Shown in pieces: positions 45,218 to 53,469 of a stretch of DNA of 64,000 nt. The translations under genes and the position numbers were made by a program. The notes below the pieces were generated by a model. It was given only the letters and a program-made list of their open reading frames with translations. It was not told where the DNA came from and did not search any database. The DNA comes from Eubacteriales bacterium. Its GTDB lineage: Bacteria > Bacillota > Clostridia > Oscillospirales > CAG-272. Every line of letters begins with the position of its first letter. The stretch's first letter is position 1. Location: contig JAZLCA010000036.1 of the NCBI GenBank assembly GCA_045613985.1, positions 50,023 through 114,022 on the forward strand. The letters run 5' to 3'.

Positions 45218-46756
45218 ATGAGTAAATTCACACAAAAAATCAAAGCTTGGCTGCCTTCCAAACGCAAGCTGATCCAGTTGTATTCCGCCCTGCTGTTCAA
45301 CGCCAACGTCAAGGGCTTTATCAACGGACAGATCTACAAGGGCCCGCTGAAAAACGTCTGCACCCCCGGACTCAACTGCTATTCCTGCCCCGGTGCATCG
45401 GGGGCCTGCCCGCTGGGATCGCTCCAAAACGCGCTTGGCAGCAGCGAAAAACGCACTCCTTACTACATCTTCGGCATTCTTCTTTTGTACGGCATCCTGC
45501 TCGGTCGCTTCATCTGCGGTTTCCTTTGCCCCTTCGGTCTGATCCAGGAGCTGTTCCATAAGATCAAAACGCCAAAAATCAAAAAAGGACGTATCACACG
45601 CCTGTTGTCCTGGGTGAAATACGTCATTCTGATCTTCTTTGTGGGCATCGTTCCCATCCTCTATGGACTCCGCAATGTTCCCCTGCCCGCTTTTTGCAAG
45701 TACATCTGCCCGGCCGGCACGCTGGAGGGCGCGATGGGCCTGCTTTCCAACAAGATCAACGCCGGCAAGCTTTCCATGCTCGGCCCGCTGTTCACCTGGA
45801 AATTCGCCTTGATGGTAGCCATCCTTCTTGGCTCGATCTTCATGTTCCGCTTCTTCTGCCGCTTCTTGTGCCCGCTCGGTGCCTTGTACGGCCTGTTTAA
45901 TAAGATCTCCATCTTCGGCATCAAGCTGGAGCCGTCGAAATGCACCTCTTGCGGTCTTTGCACCGCCAAGTGCCAGATGGATATCCGCCACGTCGGCGAC
46001 CACGAATGCATCAGCTGCGGCGAATGCATCGACGTCTGCCCCACGGGCGCCATCTCCTGGAAGGGATCGAAGCCCTTCCTTGCCCCCGCCGAGCCTTGCC
46101 TCTCCGCCGATGCAAGTGCTAAGGAGATAGAAATTGCTAAGCAGAACTTCCACGAGCAAACACGCAAAATTGCTAAGCGCAACAAGACAATCAAGATCGT
46201 CGTCGCAACCCTTATGTCCCTCCTTCTTGTCGGTACGCTCATTTACTTCAACGTCATCGACAAGCCCGCCCCCGTTGCCGTGGGCAATCAGGTCGGCGAC
46301 GAATGTCCCGGCGAGGATCTTCCGCTGTTCGACGAAAACGGTCTGACGGGAGAAGCGTTCAACCCCGCCGACAACGACGGCAAAATCACCATCATCAACT
46401 TCTGGGGCACCTGGTGCGGCGGATGTGTCAAGGAACTTCCTTATTTTGACCGCATCGCTACCGAGTTTTATCAAAGCGTCACGGTTGTCGCAGTACATAC
46501 CGACCTGGATTTTGACACCGCCCCCGCCTACGTCGAGGAGCATTACAAGGATTCCTTGATGCTGTTCGCCAAGGATTCGCTGATCGATCCGAATGACCGC
46601 TATGGCCTTGACCGCTACTACGCGGCGCTGGGCGGCATGGATCAGTACCCCATCACCCTGATTCTGGACGAACACGGCGTCATTATCTCGACCATCATGC
46701 GCGAAACGACCTACGAAGAACTCAAATCCATCATAGAAGCAAAGCTTCAAAACTGA
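45218..46756 (+). CDS. NapH/NosH-like membrane polyferredoxin fused to a TM helix and a TlpA/ResA-like thioredoxin domain
   Basis: CX3CP-type motifs FICGFLCPFG, FCKYICPAG, FCRFLCPLG plus CYSCPGASGACPLG. 4Fe-4S motifs CTSCGLCTAKC and CISCGECIDVCP. TM IVVATLMSLLLVGTLIYFNVI. NFWGTWCGGCVKELPYF (WCGGC at 46412-46426). Confidence 0.85.
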   Translation: MSKFTQKIKAWLPSKRKLIQLYSALLFNANVKGFINGQIYKGPLKNVCTPGLNCYSCPGASGACPLGSLQNALGSSEKRTPYYIFGILLLYGILLGRFICGFLCPFGLIQELFHKIKTPKIKKGRITRLLSWVKYVILIFFVGIVPILYGLRNVPLPAFCKYICPAGTLEGAMGLLSNKINAGKLSMLGPLFTWKFALMVAILLGSIFMFRFFCRFLCPLGALYGLFNKISIFGIKLEPSKCTSCGLCTAKCQMDIRHVGDHECISCGECIDVCPTGAISWKGSKPFLAPAEPCLSADASAKEIEIAKQNFHEQTRKIAKRNKTIKIVVATLMSLLLVGTLIYFNVIDKPAPVAVGNQVGDECPGEDLPLFDENGLTGEAFNPADNDGKITIINFWGTWCGGCVKELPYFDRIATEFYQSVTVVAVHTDLDFDTAPAYVEEHYKDSLMLFAKDSLIDPNDRYGLDRYYAALGGMDQYPITLILDEHGVIISTIMRETTYEELKSIIEAKLQN

Positions 46757-46763
46757 CAAAAAA

Positions 46764-46798
46764 AGAACCGAACGCACCACTCGGGTGCGGTCGGTTCT
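46764..46798. terminator. Bidirectional intrinsic terminator between convergent genes
   Basis: AGAACCGAACGCACC / GGGTGCGGTCGGTTCT (one mismatch). A7 run upstream and a T-rich run downstream. Confidence 0.7.
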
Positions 46799-46802
46799 TT
46801 CA

Positions 46803-47276
46803 TTACTGTGCCTTCTTATTCAGCACGACGGTGATCTCGGTCTGACCTGCCTCAATGGCGATCTTTTCGGTGGGGTACTCGTAGCCCTCGGGGCTGCCGC
46901 CCTCATTGATCTGGAGCGAAACGGTGCTATCGCCGGGATCGTCCATGGTGAACTTAACCACGCCGTCCTCACCCGTGACGTTGGGCTTCTTGCAAACGTC
47001 GCCAACGCAAATCTGTGCTTCGACACCTGCGATGGGGTTGCCGTCCTGATCCTTCACGGTCACAGTGTAAGTGACCTTTACAGGCTTGGCGGGTTCTTCC
47101 GGCTTATCGGTTCCGGGCTGCTCGGTGTCACCGGGCTGCTCATTTCCGGGGGTATCGCCGGGCTGCTCGTCCTTATTCTGATCGGGATCAGCGGGAGTGT
47201 CGGTCGGGTTACCGCACGCAACCAGCATGGTCAGCGCCAGCATCAGCGCCAACACGAGTATCAAAAATCTTTTCAT
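46803..47276 (-). CDS. Small lipoprotein with one prealbumin/carboxypeptidase-regulatory-like domain
   Basis: MKRFLILVLALMLALTMLVAC lipobox, Pro/Asp/Glu-rich linker, YTVTVKDQDGNPIAGVEAQICVGDVCKKPNVTGEDGVVKF. GGAGA RBS. Confidence 0.65.
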   Translation of the reverse strand: MKRFLILVLALMLALTMLVACGNPTDTPADPDQNKDEQPGDTPGNEQPGDTEQPGTDKPEEPAKPVKVTYTVTVKDQDGNPIAGVEAQICVGDVCKKPNVTGEDGVVKFTMDDPGDSTVSLQINEGGSPEGYEYPTEKIAIEAGQTEITVVLNKKAQ

Positions 47277-47310
47277 GATGTTTCTCCTTGTTTTGATTTG
47301 TTTTCGGTTT

Positions 47311-47339
47311 ATTATAGCATCCGTCCTGTCGTTTGGCAA
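47311..47339 (-). promoter_or_regulatory. Sigma-A promoter of the small lipoprotein gene
   Basis: Minus strand TTGCCA (47334-47339), 17 nt, TATAAT (47311-47316). Confidence 0.65.
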
Positions 47340-47362
47340 GACGTTTTTGAAAAATCGTCAGA

Positions 47363-48940
47363 TTATTCCTCCACGAAGGCCTCGTAGGTCATAATAAATT
47401 CACGCGCCGTCTCCGAAGTTACGGTAAAGGTAGCCTTGTCGATGATCGACACAGCAATCACGCCGTCATCATAGGGCAGATACGTCTTTCCGTTACACGT
47501 TACGCTCATCCCCTCGGCATTCTCAATAAATACGGTCACGTCACCCGTCGCGCGGAACTTGACGGGTTCGCCCGCCTTGGCTATGACGCGAGCCGTCGCC
47601 AGCTCGCCGCTCGGCGTCAGGGTAATAGCCGTATCACCGCCGTGAGCGAACTCATCCACGTAGCAGCAAGCGAACAGATAGGCGTTATTCTTGACCAGGT
47701 TGGCCGCGGTCACGCCCGTGGGGTTTCCGTTTTGATCAGCCGTCAAAACACCCTTACCTTCCGCATCAATGTCCCACCAGCCCATCTGCTCGCCGCTGTT
47801 GTTGATCATATAAATCAACTCCTCGGTCAAAGGGCAGACGCCATTGCTGTCGCAAATATTCGCGTAAGCGGCAACGATGTTGTTGTAGCTTTCCTTTTTC
47901 ACCAGTTCTCCGTTCTCGTAGAACAGCTTGTACATTCTGGTCGTTTCACATATTTCGGTGAACGAAACCAAGTATTTACTGGGGGAGCTGATGCGAACGT
48001 AAACCACAGGACCGTCGGCGCTGCCGTAATGGTAGTAGCCGTCCTCCGCGCTGTAAACGATCTTAACCGACGGATCGGTGATGCTGATATCCACCAGAGC
48101 ATGATTCAGATAATCGGTTTTGGGCCAAGTCGTCGGCACCTGAGTCGCAACACAATCGGTCCATTCAAGCTCAGGGACAGGGTCAGCAATGCGTTCGATT
48201 ACCAGAATCGCATTCTTTGCCGTTGCCGAACCGAGACCGATGACCATACGAAAGGTTCCGCCGGCCTCCTCATTTCCAACGCTTCCGTCTTGAATCTCAA
48301 TTTCAAATGCATGATTCTCCACATCAGCGGTGCTTTCGCTAAGCACCACGTTTGCATCACCGTAATATCCCAACGAAAGCTCCGTATCCGAAATATAGCT
48401 GATGCGGTAAATGCCGCCGCGGGTCGGTGCAAAAATATAATACGACATATCGTCACGATCCATTTCGACGTAAGTAGCGCCTTCCGTGACTTGAGCGGCT
48501 TCGTAAGCCATACGATCGCCAACACTGGCAAAATACGGATAAATCGTTTGTTTGCCTCCGCTCAGACTGTACAACACAACCGTCACCTCCGTGACGTCAG
48601 CCGTCAATTGGCAGGCTTCGGCATCATAATGCACCTCCGCCTTGGCAGCGGTGGGAATGAAGGTATAGTCTCCCTTTTCCAATTCAAAGGTGGCCTTACC
48701 CGTAGCGTCGGCCTTTTTCATGCCGACCGTCACGCCGTTTTTCTGCACCTCAACGAGCACGTCATACGAGGGAACGTTGCCTTGATAATCGGTCACGTTG
48801 ATGGTATACGTCGCCTTGCCGTTCTCCTCGGTCGCCGGAGGGGTATCCGGTTCCTTCGTATCCTTACAAGCAATCGCACTCAGCAAGCCAACCGCCAGCA
48901 GCATCACCGCAAGTACGCGCAGTATTCTTTTCAAACTCAT
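47363..48940 (-). CDS. Lipoprotein of the DGYYH-module family
   Basis: MSLKRILRVLAVMLLAVGLLSAIAC lipobox. YTINVTDYQGNVPSYDVLVEVQKNG beta-sandwich. EDGYYHYGSADGPVVYVRI. C-terminal LFACCYV. AGGAGAAG RBS. Confidence 0.7.
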   Translation of the reverse strand: MSLKRILRVLAVMLLAVGLLSAIACKDTKEPDTPPATEENGKATYTINVTDYQGNVPSYDVLVEVQKNGVTVGMKKADATGKATFELEKGDYTFIPTAAKAEVHYDAEACQLTADVTEVTVVLYSLSGGKQTIYPYFASVGDRMAYEAAQVTEGATYVEMDRDDMSYYIFAPTRGGIYRISYISDTELSLGYYGDANVVLSESTADVENHAFEIEIQDGSVGNEEAGGTFRMVIGLGSATAKNAILVIERIADPVPELEWTDCVATQVPTTWPKTDYLNHALVDISITDPSVKIVYSAEDGYYHYGSADGPVVYVRISSPSKYLVSFTEICETTRMYKLFYENGELVKKESYNNIVAAYANICDSNGVCPLTEELIYMINNSGEQMGWWDIDAEGKGVLTADQNGNPTGVTAANLVKNNAYLFACCYVDEFAHGGDTAITLTPSGELATARVIAKAGEPVKFRATGDVTVFIENAEGMSVTCNGKTYLPYDDGVIAVSIIDKATFTVTSETAREFIMTYEAFVEE

Positions 48941-48963
48941 ATCTGCTTCTCCTATCAAAAAAA

Positions 48964-48995
48964 TCATGCGGCAGCGAAAGGTCGCCGCCGCATGA
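48964..48995 (-). terminator. Intrinsic terminator (possibly partial) after the 961-aa gene
   Basis: TCATGCGGCAGCG / GTCGCCGCCGCATGA stem. T7 run on the minus strand (48957-48963), directly before the next gene's RBS. Confidence 0.65.
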
Positions 48996-49031
48996 CGAAA
49001 TATCATTTACACTGTTACGTTTGCGGCTCGA

Positions 49032-51917
49032 TCAATAGCCAAGATATCTGTAGTAGTAGCACAGCTTGGTCCAGGAGTGTTCAACGCCCTTGAAGGTGTA
49101 CTTATCCATCAGTGTCTGCAAGATTTCAGCCAGCTGCTCGTCAACCGGAACACAGCCCTGACGCTCGGGATAACCCTCTTCGTCCAGCATTTTATCAATG
49201 TAGGTCTTGAAGATGTCGGTCATATCCTTGCCGTCACCGTGATAGATACCCTTGATGATATCATCCATCTCGTACAGTTCCCAATAAGCATCGAAATCAT
49301 CGCCCCACATCTGGCGCAGCTTATCCTCATCCTTCCCTGCCTTCTCCCATGCGCTCAGACCCATATGGTCGTACTCGGAGAGCGCGAAGTTGAATGCGTG
49401 GGTGTTGGCCATGTCCTTAAGAGACTGGCTGGTGAAAATATTGGTCGTCAGATAAAAGTCGGCGTACAACAGGGAGCCCTTGGTACCGTCGGCCTTTTTG
49501 TGATAGTAATAACCGTCATCACCGAGGATAACGTCGATACCGCCTGCAATGGTGTTACCCATCGAATCACCCGTGCCCAGTTCGAACTCGAAGGGACCAT
49601 GGGATGCAACGATGAAATAGTCAAAGGTAGGCGCGATATAGTTGATTTCAAAGGTGAATGAACCTGCACCGTAGATGTCGTAATAAGCAAAGTCAATATA
49701 ATAGGCCTGACCAGCCTCCATGTATGCAACCATGGAAGCGTTGTTGTGATCTCTGGTCAGTTGCGTGGTCACGTTGCCGTGCTCATCCTTGACCTCGGTC
49801 TCGATGAGCAGATCGGGGCAGAAACGCTCGCCCTCATCGCCGCTGGTGTACAAAATTCTGTCACCAAATTCGAGCCACTGCTTATCGTCGCCGATAAAGA
49901 TCCAACCATCGACCTCTTGGGATGCACCGCCCGAGGTGATGCGGTAAACGCCCGATTTTTCGGGAACGAACTTATACAGATAACCTCTGGGCAAAATATT
50001 CACACCAATGTACTCAACTCTGTTCGGCTTTCCTTCGGTGGCAATATATGCACTATGCGTCGAGAGTCCCTTGATGGGGTCCTCAAACTGAGCAATGGGG
50101 GTACCATCCTCATTCTTACCGTAAGCGTCATAGTAGGAGCACAGCTGCAACCAAGTATTTTCATCCGTATTGAAGCCGTACTTTTGAACGTAAGCCTCCA
50201 AATAGGTGCGCAACTCTTCGGTAACGCTGCAAAAAGTGTAAACCTTGGAGTTCGCCGCGTAATTACAATATTTTTCCAGCGCGGCAAAGCAGTCCTTGCC
50301 ATCGACCGTGAAAACACCGTCTTGATACAGGTTTTCAGCAACGGAGGTGCTCGAGAAGGTAGAACCGTAAATCAGCTTTGCCAAGAGAATCGGTCCATTT
50401 TCACTGCCTACATGATAGTAGCCGTCGTTGGGATTCAAATAGATCTGGGGGTAGGTAAACGTATCATTCGCACCCTTGGTTGCCGCTTCTCTGGGGATAT
50501 AGGAAACCACAGTCACGTCCTTGGCATCCACAACGCGGAAATCCTTGAGGTAAACAACGTCATCGCCGGCACGGTCGGAAATGTCCTTGTAGTAAACCAG
50601 AGCAACGTCATACTCTCCGTCCTCGGTAGCAACCCACGGGCAGCATTCTCTCCATTGCGAGCTGATACCCGAGATCTGATAAATATCCTCGCCGTTGACC
50701 AAAACGTACAGCACGTCGTAGCCGCTGTCCGTAGAAGAGAAATAATCGAACATAAACGCCTGTCCCGCCTTGAGCGTTACCTTGGCGTGCAGGGTTGCAA
50801 AAGAGCTGTCCAGATCGGCATTGGAGGGAATGATGCACTTGACACCGTCTTTCTCCGTAATCTCAAAGGGCCAGGAATATTCAGCATCCACCTCACCCAA
50901 CTCAGGGGTATAGGTGACGGTGATATCGCCCTTGTTCAGCACCTCGGAAAGCTCCTCGCTGGAGGGCATCTCCTTGTCGGGCTTGGCCGCAGGGATCAGC
51001 TCGGACACATCACCGTAGGTTCCCTGTCTGTAATCGTCCGATACGTAGTGAGCGAACATATTGGTGAAATACTTTTCGCTGGGGATAGCGCCAACGTGAT
51101 ACAAAGAAATCATACCGTAGCGGTCGATCATGACAGTGACGGGGTTACCGGGAACGTTGAAAGCATCTTCTACGCCCGCAGTATCCTTGGCCATGGGGAA
51201 GGCCAGCTCGTAGCCATAATAGCCTGCCTTGAAATCAGCCACGTCCTTTTGGCTGTCGCCGCCGTAATTGTTCAGAGCAACGATCTCGATCTGATCCTGA
51301 TACTGCAGATAGGCGTTGTTCATATCGGGGAACTCTTCCACGCAGTAGGTGCAGGTAGTATACCAGAAGTTGAGCATGACTGCCTTTTTGGTTTTGAGCA
51401 GTTCGGAAAGCTTGATGGTCTGGCCGTCCGACGTAGTCACCTCAAAGTCGTGCATGATCATGCCAAGCTTGTAGGAAACTCCCGACAGGTCCTGATCTTC
51501 AATTACCTCCGATACCAATACGATATTGGTGCCGTTGGTTCCTACGTCATACTTATCCTTGAGGATATAACCCTCGGGAACGCCCGAAAGCTCTGCCTTA
51601 TAATCGGGGGAAGCAGGCAGGGTAAAAGAAACGTTTCCGTTTTCATCGGTAGAATTTTTGGCAACAATATAACCGTCGGTATTATAAATATACACCATAA
51701 TACCGTCCATAGCCATACCGCCGGCCGTCTTGATGGAAATCGTATAGATCGCCTCGCCGGGATTGGTACCGGGATTCACGATTTCGCCGGGCTGATCGCC
51801 GGGTTGTTCCTCGTCCGGAGGCGTCTGGGGATCCTTGCAAGCAGACAGTACGGACGCCACACTCAACAGCATCAGAATCGCCAGCACAAGGGACAACAGT
51901 CTCTTGGTTTTGTTCAT
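49032..51917 (-). CDS. Large lipoprotein with a thioredoxin-like (TlpA/redoxin) domain and two DGYYH modules
   Basis: Lipobox VLSAC. YTISIKTAGGMAMDGIMVYIY beta-sandwich. AVMLNFWYTTCTYCVEEFP (CTYC at 51342-51353). DGYYHVGSENGPILLAKL and DDGYYYHKKADGTKGSLLYADF. Confidence 0.8.
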   Translation of the reverse strand: MNKTKRLLSLVLAILMLLSVASVLSACKDPQTPPDEEQPGDQPGEIVNPGTNPGEAIYTISIKTAGGMAMDGIMVYIYNTDGYIVAKNSTDENGNVSFTLPASPDYKAELSGVPEGYILKDKYDVGTNGTNIVLVSEVIEDQDLSGVSYKLGMIMHDFEVTTSDGQTIKLSELLKTKKAVMLNFWYTTCTYCVEEFPDMNNAYLQYQDQIEIVALNNYGGDSQKDVADFKAGYYGYELAFPMAKDTAGVEDAFNVPGNPVTVMIDRYGMISLYHVGAIPSEKYFTNMFAHYVSDDYRQGTYGDVSELIPAAKPDKEMPSSEELSEVLNKGDITVTYTPELGEVDAEYSWPFEITEKDGVKCIIPSNADLDSSFATLHAKVTLKAGQAFMFDYFSSTDSGYDVLYVLVNGEDIYQISGISSQWRECCPWVATEDGEYDVALVYYKDISDRAGDDVVYLKDFRVVDAKDVTVVSYIPREAATKGANDTFTYPQIYLNPNDGYYHVGSENGPILLAKLIYGSTFSSTSVAENLYQDGVFTVDGKDCFAALEKYCNYAANSKVYTFCSVTEELRTYLEAYVQKYGFNTDENTWLQLCSYYDAYGKNEDGTPIAQFEDPIKGLSTHSAYIATEGKPNRVEYIGVNILPRGYLYKFVPEKSGVYRITSGGASQEVDGWIFIGDDKQWLEFGDRILYTSGDEGERFCPDLLIETEVKDEHGNVTTQLTRDHNNASMVAYMEAGQAYYIDFAYYDIYGAGSFTFEINYIAPTFDYFIVASHGPFEFELGTGDSMGNTIAGGIDVILGDDGYYYHKKADGTKGSLLYADFYLTTNIFTSQSLKDMANTHAFNFALSEYDHMGLSAWEKAGKDEDKLRQMWGDDFDAYWELYEMDDIIKGIYHGDGKDMTDIFKTYIDKMLDEEGYPERQGCVPVDEQLAEILQTLMDKYTFKGVEHSWTKLCYYYRYLGY

Positions 51918-51979
51918 AGTATTTCTCCTTCAACTATATTCAAAATATATCATAGGTCAAAAGCGCACATGAATAATCC

Positions 51980-52008
51980 ATTATATCATGCCAAAAAGCA
52001 TATGTCAA
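51980..52008 (-). promoter_or_regulatory. Consensus sigma-A promoter of the 961-aa lipoprotein gene
   Basis: Minus strand TTGACA (52003-52008), 17 nt, TATAAT (51980-51985). Confidence 0.7.
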
Positions 52009-52078
52009 GTTTTATTAAAGCAAAGCGGCAAAAATTCGCCTGAAATTCGCACTTTTTTCACACATTCTTGCATTTTGA

Positions 52079-52107
52079 TTGACAAAATAAGACGAGAGTG
52101 ATATAAT
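52079..52107 (+). promoter_or_regulatory. Consensus sigma-A promoter of the desulfidase-like/ansA pair
   Basis: TTGACA (52079-52084), 17 nt, TATAAT (52102-52107). Confidence 0.7.
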
Positions 52108-52160
52108 CAAACTATATGCGGCGGATATAGCGCCGCTGCTTGATCACACGGGAGAATATT

Positions 52161-53441
52161 ATGTCGCTGTCGGAACAAATCGTCCAAACCTATAAAAGCA
52201 TTTTGAAAGAAGAGCTGGTCGTTGCCATGGGCTGTACCGAGCCCATTGCCATCGCTTACGCGGCGGCCGTTTTGCGCCATGCGCTGGGAGATGTGCCTCA
52301 AAGCATCCGCATTGGTCTGAGCGGCAACATCATCAAAAACGTCAAAAGCGTTATCGTTCCCGCAACGGGAGGTATGCGCGGCATCGGTGCGGCCGTTGCC
52401 GCCGGTCTTGTCGCCGGCTGCCCCGAGCGCAAATTGGAGGTGCTGTGCGCCCTGAAACCGGAAGATACCGTGAGTATTCGCCGGCTCCTGGAGGAGGTTT
52501 CGGTCGAAATCCACGAGACGGACTCGGGTACCCCCTTTGAGATCGATCTGCACGGAAAAACGCCCTCGCACGAGGTCCGCGTTCATTTGATCAACCGCCA
52601 TACCAATATCACCGACGTCATCCGTGACGGCGAGGACCTGACCTCCCACTACCGTCTCAATGAAGCGGCTACCGAAACCTACGCTGCCGACCGCGCCCTG
52701 CTCAACGTCAAGGACATCGTCACCTTTGCCGACGAAGTACCGCTGGACGATATTGCCCCCCTGCTCCGCCGCCAGATCGACATGAACATGGCCATCGCCC
52801 GTGAAGGATTGACGGAAAGCTACGGTGCTTCCATCGGCCGCATCATTTACGCCAACGGCACCTGTATTTTGCGCGATCTCGCTCGCGCCTATGCGGCCGC
52901 AGGCTCGGATGCCCGCATGAACGGCTGTGAATTGCCCGTTTGCATCATCTCGGGCAGCGGTAACCAGGGCATCCCCGCCTCCGTTCCCGTCGTCGTTTAC
53001 GCCGAGGCAATGGGAGCCGACGAAGAACAGCTGCTCCGCGCTTTGATTGTTTCCGATTTGATCACCATTCATCAAAAGACCGGCATCGGCTGTTTGTCTG
53101 CCTACTGCGGCGCCATTTCGGCCGGTTGCGGCTGCGGCACCGGTATTTGTTACTTAAAGGGCGGCAAATACTATGAGATCGCCCACTCGCTGGTCAATTC
53201 TCTTGCCATCCTTTCGGGCACCATCTGTGACGGAGCCAAAGCCTCCTGCGCGGCCAAGATTGCTATGGCGGTCGAGGCAGGCATCATGGGTTATGAAATG
53301 ATGACGGCAGGCAAGCAATTCTACGGCGGAGACGGTATCATCACCAAGGGCGTCGAAAACACCATCCGCAACGTTGGAAAATTGGCCCGCGACGGCATGA
53401 GCGAAACCGACCGCGAGATCATTCGCATCATGCTCTCTTAA
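52161..53441 (+). CDS. UPF0597 / serine-dehydratase-alpha-like protein (L-cysteine desulfidase family)
   Basis: MGCTEPIAIAYAAA motif, SGSGNQGIP, about 425 aa. ATG 52161 follows GGGAGAA (the track start at 52140 is a TTG without an RBS). Confidence 0.8.
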   Translation: MSLSEQIVQTYKSILKEELVVAMGCTEPIAIAYAAAVLRHALGDVPQSIRIGLSGNIIKNVKSVIVPATGGMRGIGAAVAAGLVAGCPERKLEVLCALKPEDTVSIRRLLEEVSVEIHETDSGTPFEIDLHGKTPSHEVRVHLINRHTNITDVIRDGEDLTSHYRLNEAATETYAADRALLNVKDIVTFADEVPLDDIAPLLRRQIDMNMAIAREGLTESYGASIGRIIYANGTCILRDLARAYAAAGSDARMNGCELPVCIISGSGNQGIPASVPVVVYAEAMGADEEQLLRALIVSDLITIHQKTGIGCLSAYCGAISAGCGCGTGICYLKGGKYYEIAHSLVNSLAILSGTICDGAKASCAAKIAMAVEAGIMGYEMMTAGKQFYGGDGIITKGVENTIRNVGKLARDGMSETDREIIRIMLS

Positions 53442-53469
53442 TCCAATCCATACTGAAATCAGGTGTATT

